Shown here: positions 63,230 through 64,000 of the stretch, piece by piece
Position numbering within the stretch: position 1 is the first letter of the stretch
How the letters are laid out: the number at the start of each line of letters is the position of its first letter
Assembly (NCBI GenBank): GCA_011109175.1
Contig: RDEW01000086.1
Coordinates: 9,707-73,706, forward strand
DNA length: 64,000 bases
From: Dicyema japonicum
Lineage: Eukaryota; Animalia; Dicyemida
Direction: 5' to 3'
Position numbers and translations under genes: made by a program
The notes under the pieces: model-generated
The model's input: only the letters and a program-made list of their open reading frames with translations
Told to the model about the DNA's origin: nothing
Database searches by the model: none

Positions 63230-63420
63230 ACATTCCTGTTAGTGACTGGAAGTTGCAAATGAAGTGGTGCTTGAATCAATGCCCTCCGTGTCGGGAATCA
63301 CTTTGACAACGATAGATTCTCCATCAGTATCTCCACAGACCTGGACTGAAGATTTGCTGACTCAAATACGGAGTGGAAGTACTGTTATGGACATCACGCC
63401 CCTTCTTTCCGAAGAATTGC
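63230..63420 (+). mobile_element. CRE-clade fragment
   Basis: SGA.INAL.VGNHFDND...GLKIC...CYGHHAL matches 7890-8060. Confidence 0.65.
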
Positions 63421-63869
63421 TGGACGATTCCCGAAACATAATACGATCTGACTGTAAAAGAAGAGTCTGTAATACTTATGGTTTATAGTTGACATAACGT
63501 GATATACAGAGGCCACGAACACAGAAAATCTCATTTTATATATAGAAATATTAATAGCTTGAGTCACTTAGCTGGGTACTATTATGTTCGTTCGATTGTA
63601 ATTTACTGGAATCGAAACCTAACTATTAATCTAACAACTAAGATGCTTTAACTTTAAATAAGGCAAAATTTTTCACAAAAGAACATGTTAGAACTTAGAA
63701 ACTATTAGAGGAGTCATCCACTTAACTAACAAAAATTATAGTAGGATTATTAATTAAAGTCAAATTGTGACTATTTTAAATAAATTTAATACATATATAT
63801 TTTTAAAAATTATTTTACAATATGGCGAACCTATAAATACATTTATATTAATCTGCCACTTTCAACATG

Positions 63870-64000
63870 GTTTCAAATGTGAGCGTTCAACTACGACACA
63901 TTTGACTTCACTGTCTCAATTTATATCAGAAGGGTTCAACGTACCGAAACGCCATCTACGTACAATAATGGTTTCCCTGGATATCCAGAAGGCGTTCGAT
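63870..64000 (+). mobile_element. LINE RT fragment, cut by the window edge
   Basis: IMVSLDIQKAFD at the window end. Confidence 0.45.

Overview
This is AT-rich eukaryotic (animal) nuclear DNA, not prokaryotic. The genes are broken by very small spliceosomal introns, mostly 21-31 nt, which is why the ORF track fragments them. That architecture suggests a miniaturised parasitic animal such as a dicyemid or myxozoan; this is an inference and the taxon cannot be fixed from the window. Genes rebuilt by hand are: the 3' part of HMG-CoA reductase (1-2033, +), a convergent unidentified membrane-protein gene (about 2075-2890, -), a three-finger C2H2 zinc-finger gene (3546-4447, +), a full NOMPC/TRPN channel with 29 ankyrin repeats (8662-14245, +), an adhesion GPCR whose ectodomain is about five tandem copies of a ~200-aa domain I do not recognise (about 24944-29739, -), and a Myc-like bHLH-ZIP gene (about 40195-40906, +). 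Most of the rest is transposon-derived: RTE-like LINEs with 11-12 bp target-site duplications (TSDs), dispersed CRE-clade fragments, other LINE reverse-transcriptase relics, a hAT element with intact terminal inverted repeats (TIRs) and an 8-bp TSD, Charlie- and Tigger-like relics, and three SINE-like families that share modules and LINE-derived 3' hairpins. Nearly every gene has 1-nt frameshifts, mostly in homopolymer runs. These are most simply uncorrected long-read errors, so single-base oddities need confirmation from reads. The strongest leads are the repeat-ectodomain adhesion GPCR, the micro-intron splicing system (including two apparent non-AG acceptors and stop-free 3n introns at ankyrin boundaries), and the covarying RTE 3' hairpin shared with SINEs.
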